A stretch of DNA of 56,406 nucleotides, counting the filler, from Circinaria calcarea (Eukaryota), in the NCBI GenBank assembly GCA_051942165.1. It is 5 parts of 5 records of this genome, joined end to end, with 100 filler letters (N's around TTAATTAATTAA, not from the genome) between each part and the next. Parts side by side here need not be neighbours in the genome. Positions count along the whole stretch, not along the records: positions 33,943 to 45,128 come from JAVECS010000702.1; positions 45,229 to 56,406 come from JAVECS010000703.1; 3 more parts are not named here. One strand, 5' to 3'. Position 1 is the first letter of the stretch, and the number at the start of each line of letters is the position of its first letter. A program made the position numbers and the translations under genes. Shown here in pieces: positions 37,718 through 49,050 of the stretch. Below the pieces are notes generated by a model. It did not search any database, was not told the origin of the DNA, and saw only the letters and a program-made list of their open reading frames with translations.

Positions 37718-40378
37718 ATGATCACAGTGCTGCCCTATGATAACTTGACGGGGCTCCAAAGTATTAATGGGGTCCTTCGTATTTCGAGGAGGCTTACCTC
37801 GCCCCAACTAGAATGAAGAATACTCTGACCAATCTCATTAACTCACTACACTCTTCACTCAAAATCCTCAAAGGCAAGACCAATGGGGAGCTAATGATTG
37901 CGCTTCATGACCGTGATAAATTACCAGACAAACAGGTAGCAAGTCTGGCTCGCAAGGTGGTTGATTTGCTTCACGAAACGGAACAACTTCTCGAGCCAGG
38001 CTCGCTCGTATTGGCCGACCATTTCCTTGGTAGTATATATCTATTCACTTCCAGGAAGCTATGCTCATGTAACTTTAGGATGTATCAATTGCAAATGTCT
38101 ATGTGCTGCGGTTGAGCTTAATGTTCCAGACATCTTACAATTAGGGCCGAAGGCGGCAGAGGAAATTGCCATCGCTGGCAATGCAAGGCCAGATCGACTT
38201 CTTCAGGTTATGCGTGTCCTTCGCAATAATGGCATCTTTTTTTATAACGCAGCCACATATGCGTATAGCAACAACACCACTTCGTAGCTGCTTCTTTTAG
38301 ATCATCGGACTCAATGGAGGGATTGTGTGGGCCTTGATGGCAATGAGTTCTACGATATGGCCCGCGGAATCCCAGCGTCGTGCAGGAAAGATGCAACTAG
38401 GATGCCAGCCCAGATCAACTTTGATACCGACACCGACATGTTCACGTGCTTTATAGAGCAAGGATGGCTTCCAAGGTTGTACAAGACCTTGGGTGGAGGT
38501 GCCACCGCCCAAGCTCCGGGTATCCTCGAGGACTATCCATGGGAAGAGATTACCGACACTACCCTCATTGATATTGGGGGCGGGGGAGGTACCTTAGTAG
38601 CATTAATATTGCGCAAAGACAGATCAATGCAAGCGGGGATTCTGGATCTACCAAAAGTCATTGAACATGCAACTTCTAATTTTCATGCCCCCGACGGTCA
38701 GTATGCCGATGTGGGCCATCGAGTTCCTACCTCGCGGCTGATCGCTGGTGACTTCCTTGTGGAGATACCAAGCTTCGAAGTCTATACGATAAAGTGGTGC
38801 CTTCATGATTAGAATGACTCAAAAGCGCTCAACGTTCTGGGCAACGTTTGGAAGGCAATTCAGCGAGGACCAAGAAGCCGCTTCATCATTCTTGAGTCGC
38901 TCTTAGAAGACGGAAGAATCGGGCGCCTGTCAAGGTACGCAGACTTGACAGTGATGATCAGCGTAAATTGCCAGGAGAGAACCGAAGCTGAGTGGAATAC
39001 TCTGGCAGAACGGACTGGCTGGAAAGTGAACCACATGTACGATCTTCGAAATATCTGGCCATGTGCTATCGAGTTGGTGCCTGTCTGTCTACACAGTTAG
39101 GGGACGCAGGCATACAGAGGACGTTGGATGGGTTAAATCAACACAGAGGTAACGGTCTAAAGTCGAAGGCACAGTCGAGTACGCCAGGTGCTAGTAATGA
39201 AGCCATTGCCGATGATCATAAAGACTCTACTCAAACCTTACAATCTGATGGTACGCTTCATAATGAAGGCAGTCAGGTCGAAGAAGACCAAGTCTCGTCC
39301 ATGATGTCCTTTCTCGAACCTTGGGACTCATCCCGCGGTAACCCGTTCTTTCGTTCCGCCGCTGACGAGGGCTTTGAAAGCATGAATTTCAAGTGGACCG
39401 ATCACGCTGTAACAATTACAACCGCGAGTACCCATAAAGATACCTTCACACTTGACGAAAATGGTTTTGCCTATAAAGATGACGTTGACGAGCTTACTCC
39501 AGAACTTTTGAAAGCATTGCGGAGAGGAGAAAAGGAGACTATCAAAAATCTGTATTACCCGAAAGTGGAGGCCTTCTTAAAGGAAACATACGGGAGCTTC
39601 TAAAATCGTTGTTTTCGATCACACTATAAGAAAGAGAGAACCGGGCATAGACTCGAAGGAGAACCCGAACGGCAGGGAACAGCCGGCCACGGTGGTAAGT
39701 CTTTATTCAAATCCTGCACAGATCTGCAAAAACTCATAAGCAAGCAGGTCCACTGCGATCAGTAAATAGGAGCTTCTCTTCATCCTACGTTCAGGGCTAA
39801 CTCTGTCCAGATCAACCAAAGGTGCTATCCAGATTGTGAAGCAGAATATAAGCGAACATGAAACCACCGAGGCCATACTCAGAGGCAGGGTGCAGATTGT
39901 AAAGTATGATTGCATTTTGCTTGCTAAATCTTATATTATCATGCTTATATAGTGTAGTGTCTGGCAACCTCTCTAGGGCCCAGTCGTGGATTGACCGTTA
40001 GCGCAGATGGATCTCCGTAGCCTGGACTTCACAAACATTTACCCGTGCGACCTATGGAGGCATCAGTTCGAGGAGCGAGGCCAGACAGTCACGTTCACGC
40101 ATGCCTCAAACCAGAGATGGTACTACCTGGACAAGCACCGTACGGACGAAGCAACAATGATCAAGATATGGATAGCAAGGGAGACGGAGTCGCAACAGGT
40201 ATATTCTCAGCATCACTCTGCTTGCTCCCGTTCTCTGATTATTTTTCGCGCTAATACTTTGGTACGCCGTCCAGGGTGTCCTCATGTTGCGTTTAAGCAT
40301 CCACTTACGCCAATCGATGCGCTGCCTAGAGAAAGCGTGGAGGTACGGTGTATATTACTATACAGGAGCGGAGGGTAA
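37718..40378 (+). pseudogene. O-methyltransferase (Methyltransf_2 type) fused to an AsaB/CmcJ-like oxidoreductase domain, disrupted
   Basis: O-MT motifs LIDIGGGGG, LDLPKVI, AGDFL, KWCLHD*ND and QERTEAEW. After a linker come TLDENGF, YYPKV, FDHTIRKR, VHCDQ, VWQPL*GPVVD*PLA, RWYYL, CPHVAF and PRESVEVR. Stops at 38285, 38810, 39974 and 39992, plus several frameshifts. Confidence 0.8.
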
Positions 40379-40797
40379 ATACCAACAAGAGATGCATGTG
40401 CCACCAATGAAAACCGGTATTTCCGAAATGGCCGAAAATACTCCGTAGGCGAATGTTATGATTGGAGCGCATGGAAGAGGTGGTGGGGAAACAGCGCTAG
40501 TTAGGCCGGCCTCTCGCTCCATGTGTCAGCAATTCCCCCAATTTTTCTTCACACGCTTTTACCACCTCACACATACATACACGGAAGTTCTGTACCATTT
40601 TATAGCATTTTATCATACATATATTCCGGTTATGCCGTGTAGACCATTGAAGGCGTAGTGCCCTCTTTATAATATTTCTCCTTTCTCTGCCCTCTCTACA
40701 ATGCTCGTCTTTTCTGAGGGAGGGATTATTGAGTGGAGAATGACGTTAGTATCATATTTAGGTTTAACGAAAAAGGTAAAGCTCTTTCTAGGAATTG

Positions 40798-43061
40798 CTA
40801 GTTGGCTACCCTGAACACAAGACGGGGAAACCACCAGGCCACTAAAAAGTAGTGCAAATGGGATTTTAATCTAACTCTAGAGATATTCCCTGGCTGAAGC
40901 CTTTTTGGCGCACAACGCGCTTTCACCCTTCGCCAGCGCTCTTTTTCTGCCGTGCCTCCATCCGGTTTTCTCGTACTTTCATCCAACCCAAATTCCGTCT
41001 TGAGTGTAGTGCGGAACTCAATACGCTTCTCTACAAAGACAGCAAGAAAACCAACCAGACTAAGGGCGGCTGCCGCATACCAAGCCCTCTGCAAGACCAT
41101 TGTATAAATCTAGAGCGTCTACTCATATGCTACTCCTGTCAAAGAGGCGAAAAAGTCACCATCAGCATAGGATTAGGCGCCGCCATTCGTAATCGCTACT
41201 CGCACGCTCGGATCTTGGATGGTATCGCTGATTACGTTGACAAGGCTGTTGAGGATGATCGAAGGGATGGTAAAGCTTAACATGAAGCTAAAGGAGTGAA
41301 GGAAAGCATGCGTGATGTGGCGAAATCTGATTCCAGAGCGAGGCCTGGATGGCAGGGAGTGTACAAGTCACAAGCGAACCCAAGCCAAAGGCGGCGAAGA
41401 TTTGCCAGAACACCCATTCGGCTTTGGTGGTATCAGCGTTCATGTCGAGAACAGGCCCGCGGCAAGGGCATAGCAAGCGAAGCCCGCTCAGTGCAGCGGC
41501 TTATACTGACCAAACTTGTATAACAGGCCTCCTGATATCCCTGCCGCAGAAATGAAAAAGGCATTGAATGGTGGTGTATTTACACCTGACATCAGAGCCG
41601 AGGAGCCCTTGAGCGCCTGGAAGTAATATGGAATAAAGTAGGTAGTCCACTCGAGCAGCATGCACGAGATAAAGACGAGGACGGAACCAGTACACGCCCT
41701 ACGATTAGAAAAGAGCCGCGAAGGCATTGTTGGCTCTCTGCAGAAACGCGAGCCTTGATGGACAAAGAAAACAAACCCTCCGCAACCGCCAAGAACAATA
41801 GGCAGAATAATCCGCCACGAGGACTATGGGAACAAGAAGCCTCCCATAACCAAGCCGATCGTGGCCGAGCAGGTCGACGCAATGACAATAAAGTTACCGA
41901 TAAAATCGGTCCGCAACAAGGCCGCCCTCTAGATAGGTGAACGCCGGTAATTCAAGCGTAGGAACAGAGCAGTGATAATCAAGGCCAGACCGGCAACAGG
42001 TGCGCTAACATAGAATGCCCACCTCCACTTACCTCCGCTGGTAAAGGCTCCTCCTACCGTGGCCCGGAGGGTGACACCCAGGGCGCAGGTGGATAGAATC
42101 ATAGAAAGGCACTTTGACCTTTCCCTCAGAGGGAGCAGGTCGCAGGTAATCACCTCGATCAGCATCAAGGTCTCACCACCTCCAAGTCCTTGCACGGTTC
42201 GGCCGGCTATCAGCATTGCCATGCTGATCGCACCTCCGGATATTCCGCTGCCCAGGGCGAAGGCGGTAATCGACAATAACATATGCGTGCGTCGACCGAA
42301 GATATTAGAAACCTGACCACACATGGGCTAGATTGCCGTTGCGGCGATAGTATAGGAGATGGCGACCCAGATACATTGACCCTGGCCATCAAGGTCTCTG
42401 ATGATGGCAGGAATGGTTGTGGAGACGATGGTAGCATTGAGACTTGCCGCAAACGCTGCCAGACACGGGCTAGTGAAGATAAGCTAGAAGCGGAGACTCT
42501 TAGTACTCTTTACAGTTGGTTCGGAAATTGTAGGCGCTTTTTTTTTTTTTGATCTCCGCAAGGATTAGGCGAAGGCGCTAGCTAGGATAACCATACTCTA
42601 GTATTTTATTAATAAGCACTATCTAAGCGAAAAGAGTAATCACATGAGGAACTTCAAAATCAACTGCTACTCACTATTTCGCAACGATATAACTTTATGC
42701 GCCACCAACACATTTTTGATATTGAAAAGGTGTTTAATAGAGCTAAATGCGACGATAAAATAGTTATTTCAAATTGAACATGAAGAGCATTATTCATAAA
42801 GTAATAAAATTGGAGGAGAAGTAAACAAAGATAGTGTTTACTAGCAAATTACTATGGTACGGCTCTCCTAGCTAGTGCCTTCGCCTAATCCTTGCGGAGA
42901 TCAAAAAAAAAAAAAAGCGCCTACAATTTCCGAACCAACTGTATTGCGTTTAAAGAGGTAGCTTGGGCAGCACTTGTTGCTTGTGCAATCATGGAGGCTG
43001 GAGACGAATCTCCATCATCTCCATCCTGACGGGACTGAAGGGTGGTCAACGGAGTCTTCAT
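40798..43061 (-). pseudogene. MFS drug:H+ antiporter (DHA2/14-TMS type), disrupted by stops, frameshifts and a MITE; 3' end approximate
   Basis: Removing the MITE restores MKTPL...SLNAIKSTKSLRF*LIFTSPCLAAFAASLNATIVSTTIP...TAI*PMCGQVSNIFGRR. Also AGRTVQGLGGG, DLLPLRER, WRWAFY, PYYFQALKGSSALMSG and LKTEFGL. Confidence 0.85.
42513..42941. mobile_element. MITE / non-autonomous Tc1-mariner-type element, 429 bp
   Basis: Terminal inverted repeats of about 75 bp (42513-42587 vs 42866-42941) begin CAGTTGGTTCGGAAATTGTAGGCGC. TA flanks both sides (42511-42512, 42942-42943). The core is AT-rich and non-coding. Confidence 0.92.
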
Positions 43062-43843
43062 GATTGGAAAGGGTTGGAGACCTGGAGATGGCCGCCTTAG
43101 GGTGGATAATCGTCTCGTAGCTGTGATGGAGAGATTCAAGTGCTGTGAGTGTTTCACGCTAGGACTAGTAGCAAAAGGGTAAGGTAAGCATTTATAACGC
43201 AATGGTCTCGTCTACGGCGCTGCTGCCTCGCACAGGTGTCTTGGTACCGAGTACAATCGGTATTTGCTGCGCCAGAGAGTGCTGATATCCGATGCTATTT
43301 TGGAGAGTTCGAGCTTAGGCTGACGGCATAGTCCAGCGAATCCCGGATATTTGAGCCCCCAGGCATGGAGCGCGCGCCGTCCCAATTTCCGTCCCGATCT
43401 CCGCCCCGATTTTCCCTTTCCAGGGCTGCTGCAAAACATCCGAAGGCCACTCAATATCAAGCTAGAGGAAATAGCGTAAAGTAGTGCTGCCTGATCCAAC
43501 GCTCTACGAACCGATGAGACTTGGTACCCGACATACTGAGAGGCAACCCTTCCCGGGTATTCCCAAAGGAGGCATAACCGAGGCTATGAACCAGGCGAAA
43601 GCTGCCAGAATTCTCCTCTTGAGCCGCTTCCATTCACAACCCCACCTTGGGTCACAGGCGTTGCCCTAAGCCACATTGGCGACTAAGTCAGACCTGTGCT
43701 TTCGGTACGCCTACTTTTCTCTGCGTCCCTTGAAGCTGCCACTTTCCTCCCTCTAGTCCTACCACCTTGGCAGCCGTCCTATTTGAGGACATAAGCGGAC
43801 AACGGTGGCATATGTTCTTCTTCTCCTTAATGCAATTGCCATT

Positions 43844-45128
43844 ATGTCGGAATCAAGGCAAGGCTTCTCCAGCCCTTCACAGCCTTGCGGCGCACAAACT
43901 ACCTACTAACTCGAGCGATGTGTCGATAGCCCCAAAGACAAGTCCGTAAAGCTGCGAAGTGCCTGCAATGAGTGCAATTCAGCCAAAAGGTCGGATCCTT
44001 CAAAGGATGTGAATCGAGAACAGGCTAATAGGTATACTTAGATAAAATCCTCCGGCGAGAGAACGGGCTGCAATCGTTGCAAGGTGTTGGACTTGCGCTG
44101 TGTTTACCAGCAGTCTCGGGTGGGTAAAGTTCCGGGCGTGAGGGCTAAGAAAGCGAAACATCGGAATAGTGTGAACCTAAGGCGCCATTCAGACCACATA
44201 TCGTCGCCACCGGGGCCACAGCAGGATCTAGTGATGGACGGTATGCGAAGCTACGACCGGCAACACTACTTTGGCAATGAGGTTATGGAAGGCTGGTCGA
44301 CGGGTGAACAGCATTCGATGGAGCACGGACATCCATTGGCCTCGGATGATATAGATGGTCTCTTCGACCGCACCTTCGAGCTGGAACGTCGCCCCATCAT
44401 CATCTACTGCGAGCACTAGCCTAATAGATCCGAGTCTCAATTTCGATTTTGACGATGTGGAAGAGCAGTCGTCCGTGACTACGAACGTCACGAACGGAAT
44501 CCCAAAACCACACGGCCCGCCCGTCCTACCTCATGCAGAACCACTTCTCGCTGAACCATCCATCCAGATACAATCGACTTCGGACAGCCAATGCATTCTG
44601 GCCTGCTGCTCCATCATCACGAACCTAGAAACCTACATTGACGCGCAGACTAAAGTGCTCGACATAAGTCTTGAAGTCGTGCGAAAGGCCGTCACATCGA
44701 TAACTCGGATCATCAACCAGGGCTCGAACGGCCGTTGCTGCCATATGCTGCTTGGAGCCATCACGTACCAGGTCATGCTCGTGCTGGAACGTGGCTGCGC
44801 CACTTTCCTCGAGCAGCACCATGCCGCCGCCAGTGGTAGCAGTAGCAGAGAAATTAACGGGGGCCTGCCCCAATTTGATCCTGTTGGTGGTATGTTATCT
44901 GGATTTGGCCTCGGTGGCTTCGGGGTTGACGCGGCGGAGCAGCGGGCATGGCGCGCCCGGATGGTGCTCAAGGAGATCCGGCAGGTCAATGAGATTTTCA
45001 AGAGCATCACCGCGCTGGCAAAGCGAGGTAGCACGGTCCCAGTGTCGCCCTTGGCCGTGGAGGTTTGTCACCATGACGTGATGAAGAGGCTGGAGGCGCT
45101 TACGACTCAGCTTGAAAAGGTGCGAAAT
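43844..45128 (+). pseudogene. Zn2Cys6 cluster-specific transcription factor (AflR-like), disrupted; runs into the contig end
   Basis: KLRSACNECNSAK, an intron, then IKSSGERTGCNRCKVLDLRCVY with the third Cys replaced by Ser. TAA at 43907-43909 and a frameshift around 44330-44400. Helical C-terminal domain (NLETYI...EQRAWRARMVLKE). Confidence 0.75.
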
Positions 45129-45228
45129 NNNNNNNNNNNNNNNNNNNNNNNNNNNNNNNNNNNNNNNNNNNNTTAATTAATTAANNNNNNNNNNNNNNNN
45201 NNNNNNNNNNNNNNNNNNNNNNNNNNNN
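45129..45228. other. Artificial contig spacer
   Basis: N44-TTAATTAATTAA-N44. Confidence 0.98.
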
Positions 45229-46562
45229 GAGGTAGAGAGAGCATGTACCCACATCATCACGTTGCTCAGCTCCGATAGGAAGGTTAGTGCAGCAACGGTT
45301 GGGGGTGGGTAGCTTCGTCCGGTCTGATATGCATGACCGCGTGCGGGACTACTTACTTGACTCTTCATCCCCTCATGGGCCATGGCGGGGTCCGCCGTCT
45401 GGGGTAAGGCGGGTCCGGTCTTCTCCAGACTGGGGATGAGGTGCAGGTGGATCACTTTAAGGTTTAAAACGGATGAATTAGACGACCGGTTGTGCTTCTG
45501 GGTTGCGCTCTCCTCGAGCATGATTGTCCGGTGCAGACGGACAAGGCCTAACGTCGACATGCCGACAGCGGCGTCGACACCACTTCTGCTAGATGTGGAA
45601 ATGGCGGTCCGATTACTTTGGGAGGGTGGCATCGAAATCGGTGATTGCTGGTAGTTTCGGTGCCATTGGTGTGTGGTGGCCCCCAGAACTGTACGCTCTG
45701 CATCTCAACCTGCCTTAGTCAGTCTCACGGTTTGGTGTGGGAAACGGGAGTACTTCTCTTACTGTGACTGGTCCTCCCTGGATTCTGTTCCCGGACCTGA
45801 AGGCTTGAGGTCTAACTCGACTGGGCACTCTTATGAATTTTTGATGATGTAGACAGTTCGACGAAATCGAGAACAGACGGCAGGATTTTGGAATAAGGAC
45901 ATGAGCGATTGTCTCGGCTCTCAAAGACTTCAATGATGCAGTTGTTCTCGAGAGGGTCAGCCAGGGATTCGGCACTATGAAATTCAAATCGAATCGGACA
46001 TCAATGACGCTGGTGGAGATCTTCAATGGATGCGGGGCTAAGGCCCGAGTGAGCCTAGCGCCAGAATGGCTTCGGAGACATAAGTGGCAGTTTTCGCCTC
46101 GACTATCCTTGCACCCCTTGGCGAGAAAACCCGGTATAGCGGCGATTTCAACAGACCGGGGATTACTCCGAGTAAGAAAATTGTTTTGGCTACGCTGCTG
46201 TCTTGTCGTTTCCCTTTCAATACGGCGGCTGTTGTTGTTGTTTTTTGCTGTTGTTGGTGAAACCAGATGGCATGTATCAGTCCAGTGGAAGATGGCTGCT
46301 AACTGCCGGGACTTATCCTCAATTTACCCGGTTAATAAACCAATAATTGCACCGTCGTTTTATGCGGCATCTCTGTCCCGTTATTTACCTAACAGCTTCA
46401 TCAAAAGGTACAACCTTCAGGGTACAGACCATCTTTTCCTCCTGAAGTCGAGAATGCGAAGAACGTGCGGCGGACTCCGCCGTCTAAATTTGTGGGATAC
46501 TCCAGTGGCAGGCCAGTCCGACCGCCAGATCCAGATACCACATGCCCTCTCCATCTCCGTTT

Positions 46563-46564
46563 TC

Positions 46565-46605
<41 letters not shown>
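46563..46605. repeat. Compound (CT)n(CA)n microsatellite
   Basis: Read directly from the sequence. Confidence 0.85.
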
Positions 46606-47554
46606 CCAACTCACAGTTAAGACGGCTCCAGGTCTAGGTTACTGGTGCTTTTCGTCACCACAAGTGGTCCCTTTAGAATGAATGCATTAGATACTTGTCA
46701 AACTATGCTTCGGTCACACCTTGTTAATATCTGATCCTGAACTCTCTACTATTACTAAGGCTCTTTCCTGCCTTTGTTCGAAATCTCCTTCTCTGCCCTG
46801 TCTATCCTCCTTTAGTTATTCCTAGAGGTCACCCTAATACTCGTATTCATTCGATTGCCCTAGGAACCTACTCCTACTTTTCATAAAGGAGAAAGAGGCC
46901 TCAAGTTCACCTTCGGTATAAGTCAAGTTACGCCAGGAAAGGGGTTTCCTTTGTTAATGACATTTGCAGGGTGGATTAATCTTCGCTAAGCATCTTCCAG
47001 AAGTGGAATGGGAAAGGCTTACGGTAAGTCGGATTATATCAGAAGGAAATGCTGCTTATCCATCGAGCTTCAACACGCAACTTCCGAGGTTACGAACTGA
47101 AGCCTGCTTCCATGGACTGATGGCGAAGGTGGCTTGCCAAAGCAACAAAGATGGCTGAAATTGTCAAGTATTACGCCGCATAGCCGCGCCGCACCGCACG
47201 GCTCTCCCTTTGGCCAAATCCATGCCTGGTTCGCCAGTTGGAAACATCTCTGACGTCGGTTATGACCTCCTTCCATGACTATAATGAACAACAAGCGAGC
47301 ATGAACGTTAGGACATATTGATCTTTTAGGGAGAATGTCCATCAATCATAAGCCTAGAGAATGGAACTACCGGTATCGGATGCATGCTCCCTTTTCAAGT
47401 ATATCTGTCTTTATCAACTCGGAACGACTTGAGTGATCATTCTTCATCTCTTCCCTTTGACCTTGGACTTCCCACTGCCCAGTGTTAAGTTTGAAGAATC
47501 TATAAGGGATTATCAAATACCACCACCCCTAATAGCCCAGCAAAAGCCTTAAGC

Positions 47555-48140
47555 CCACTGCACTGCGAAAACGTACATAGCTTCCGTCTTCATCGTCCCC
47601 GAGCTGACGAACACCATCCTATCATGGCTAGACCCCCAACAAGAGGACAACTGCCGCTTACTCCTTGAATCCCCAGCAATGAAGGGAGACCACTATACCA
47701 ATGTCTTCTCAAACGCCGCCTTGCACTGGAACCATCGTGACCCCAGTACCCGCATATCCGTTCTCAAAACTGCCTGCGAGTCGCTCCAACCCGGTGGGAC
47801 GTTCGTATTTGAAATGGGGGAGCGGGCACATGGCCGAAGTGCACACTGCGCTTCTTACCGCCGTGGTCCATCGAGATCTGACTATTGAACAAGCGCGAGA
47901 GGCGTCTCCGGTTCTTCCCGTCGGAAACGCTCATGGCGAAGTTACTCAGGGAGGTTGGATATGCAGTGGAGAGGTCGCAGCTGGAATTACAGGCCTACGC
48001 CCCTGACGACGGAGAAGGAGGGAGGCATTGACGGGTTAGGTGAGGCTAATGAGAGCGCAATTCTTAGAGAAGATTGAGGAGCAAAGAGGGTTGCCGCTTT
48101 GAGAGAGGTATATGAGGCTTTGGAGACGGTTCCTACTCAC
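47555..48140 (+). pseudogene. Degenerate SAM-dependent methyltransferase (trans-aconitate-methyltransferase-like)
   Basis: Fragments IVPELTNTILSWLDPQQED, VFSNAALHW, LQPGGTFVFEMG and AEVHTALL...EQAREASP lie in shifting frames. The glycine-rich SAM-binding motif I is missing. Confidence 0.7.
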
Positions 48141-49050
48141 CATCGGGGATAAGAGGTCATTTCGCCTTGGTTACGGAGAACTTGGAATCAGTAGGCACGG
48201 CGTGGTTTAAAAATTGAACTACGGAACCTAATTTACTTGGTTGCCGTGGTTCTCGGCTAACCCCTATCCCTAAGATTATGATGATGCCCCTGTATGATAA
48301 GAGCGGACAGTACAGACTTATACTGTCAATGTATACTGTCCTGAGTCATTCCGAGCCCTAGACTGCCTTATTGTGCAACTCAGTAGGGGCTCCGGTCTCC
48401 TGGTAGCTGCACTACAAAGCTCACCTCGATAGGCAGTACTTGCCTTAAACATAAGATTTGGGGTACAGCCGCAAGAAAGACAAGTTCGGGCCGCCAGCGT
48501 GCACCTTTAGAAAGGCAATGGTGTGTTTGCTACAGCCTGGGTATGTGCTGACGTGGCCGATGCTAGTGTACTGAGCAGGATATGGTAATTACAGGTGAGA
48601 CGTCCCGATCGTGATGCGTATTAATCACAGCCGCGATCGATTGAATATAGAAGGTGGGATGGCCTACTGATTGTGATGTGAGGGATTAACCTTCAGGCAA
48701 AAAGCCACTCGGATTAAAACTCCGAAAGGAGTGCAAATCGCACGGGTAAGATGGTGGATTTCCATGGCGAGGACGGCTAACTGGCAAGGCTATGAGCACC
48801 TGAATTTGTTCTTGGCCTATTACAGCTCCGGGACCTCTGATAAGCAGTAACATCCCTTGCACATACATCTACACACCATAAGTAAGCAGAGTCCCCCAAA
48901 AATTCTTGTTAGCTGAGGCTATCTATCTTAGAAAACTTTGACCAGAAAAGGTCCGTCGGAAAACTTATACATTCGCCACAGAGTCTAGATACTAGCCAAC
49001 TACTTCCTTTCCTAATTGCAGTCTTTATGCATTGAGTTAGAGTGTGCTCT

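Noticed and set aside
34713..39994. In-frame stops as evidence of an alternative genetic code or programmed readthrough
   Set aside because: All three stop types occur together with frameshifts and transposon insertions, and the core genes use the standard code; this is pseudogenisation.
45229..46681. ORFs 45177-45632 (-) and 45977-46681 (+)
   Set aside because: No recognisable domain; the second runs through a microsatellite. A minus-strand splice donor near 45356 hints at a truncated gene but is insufficient.
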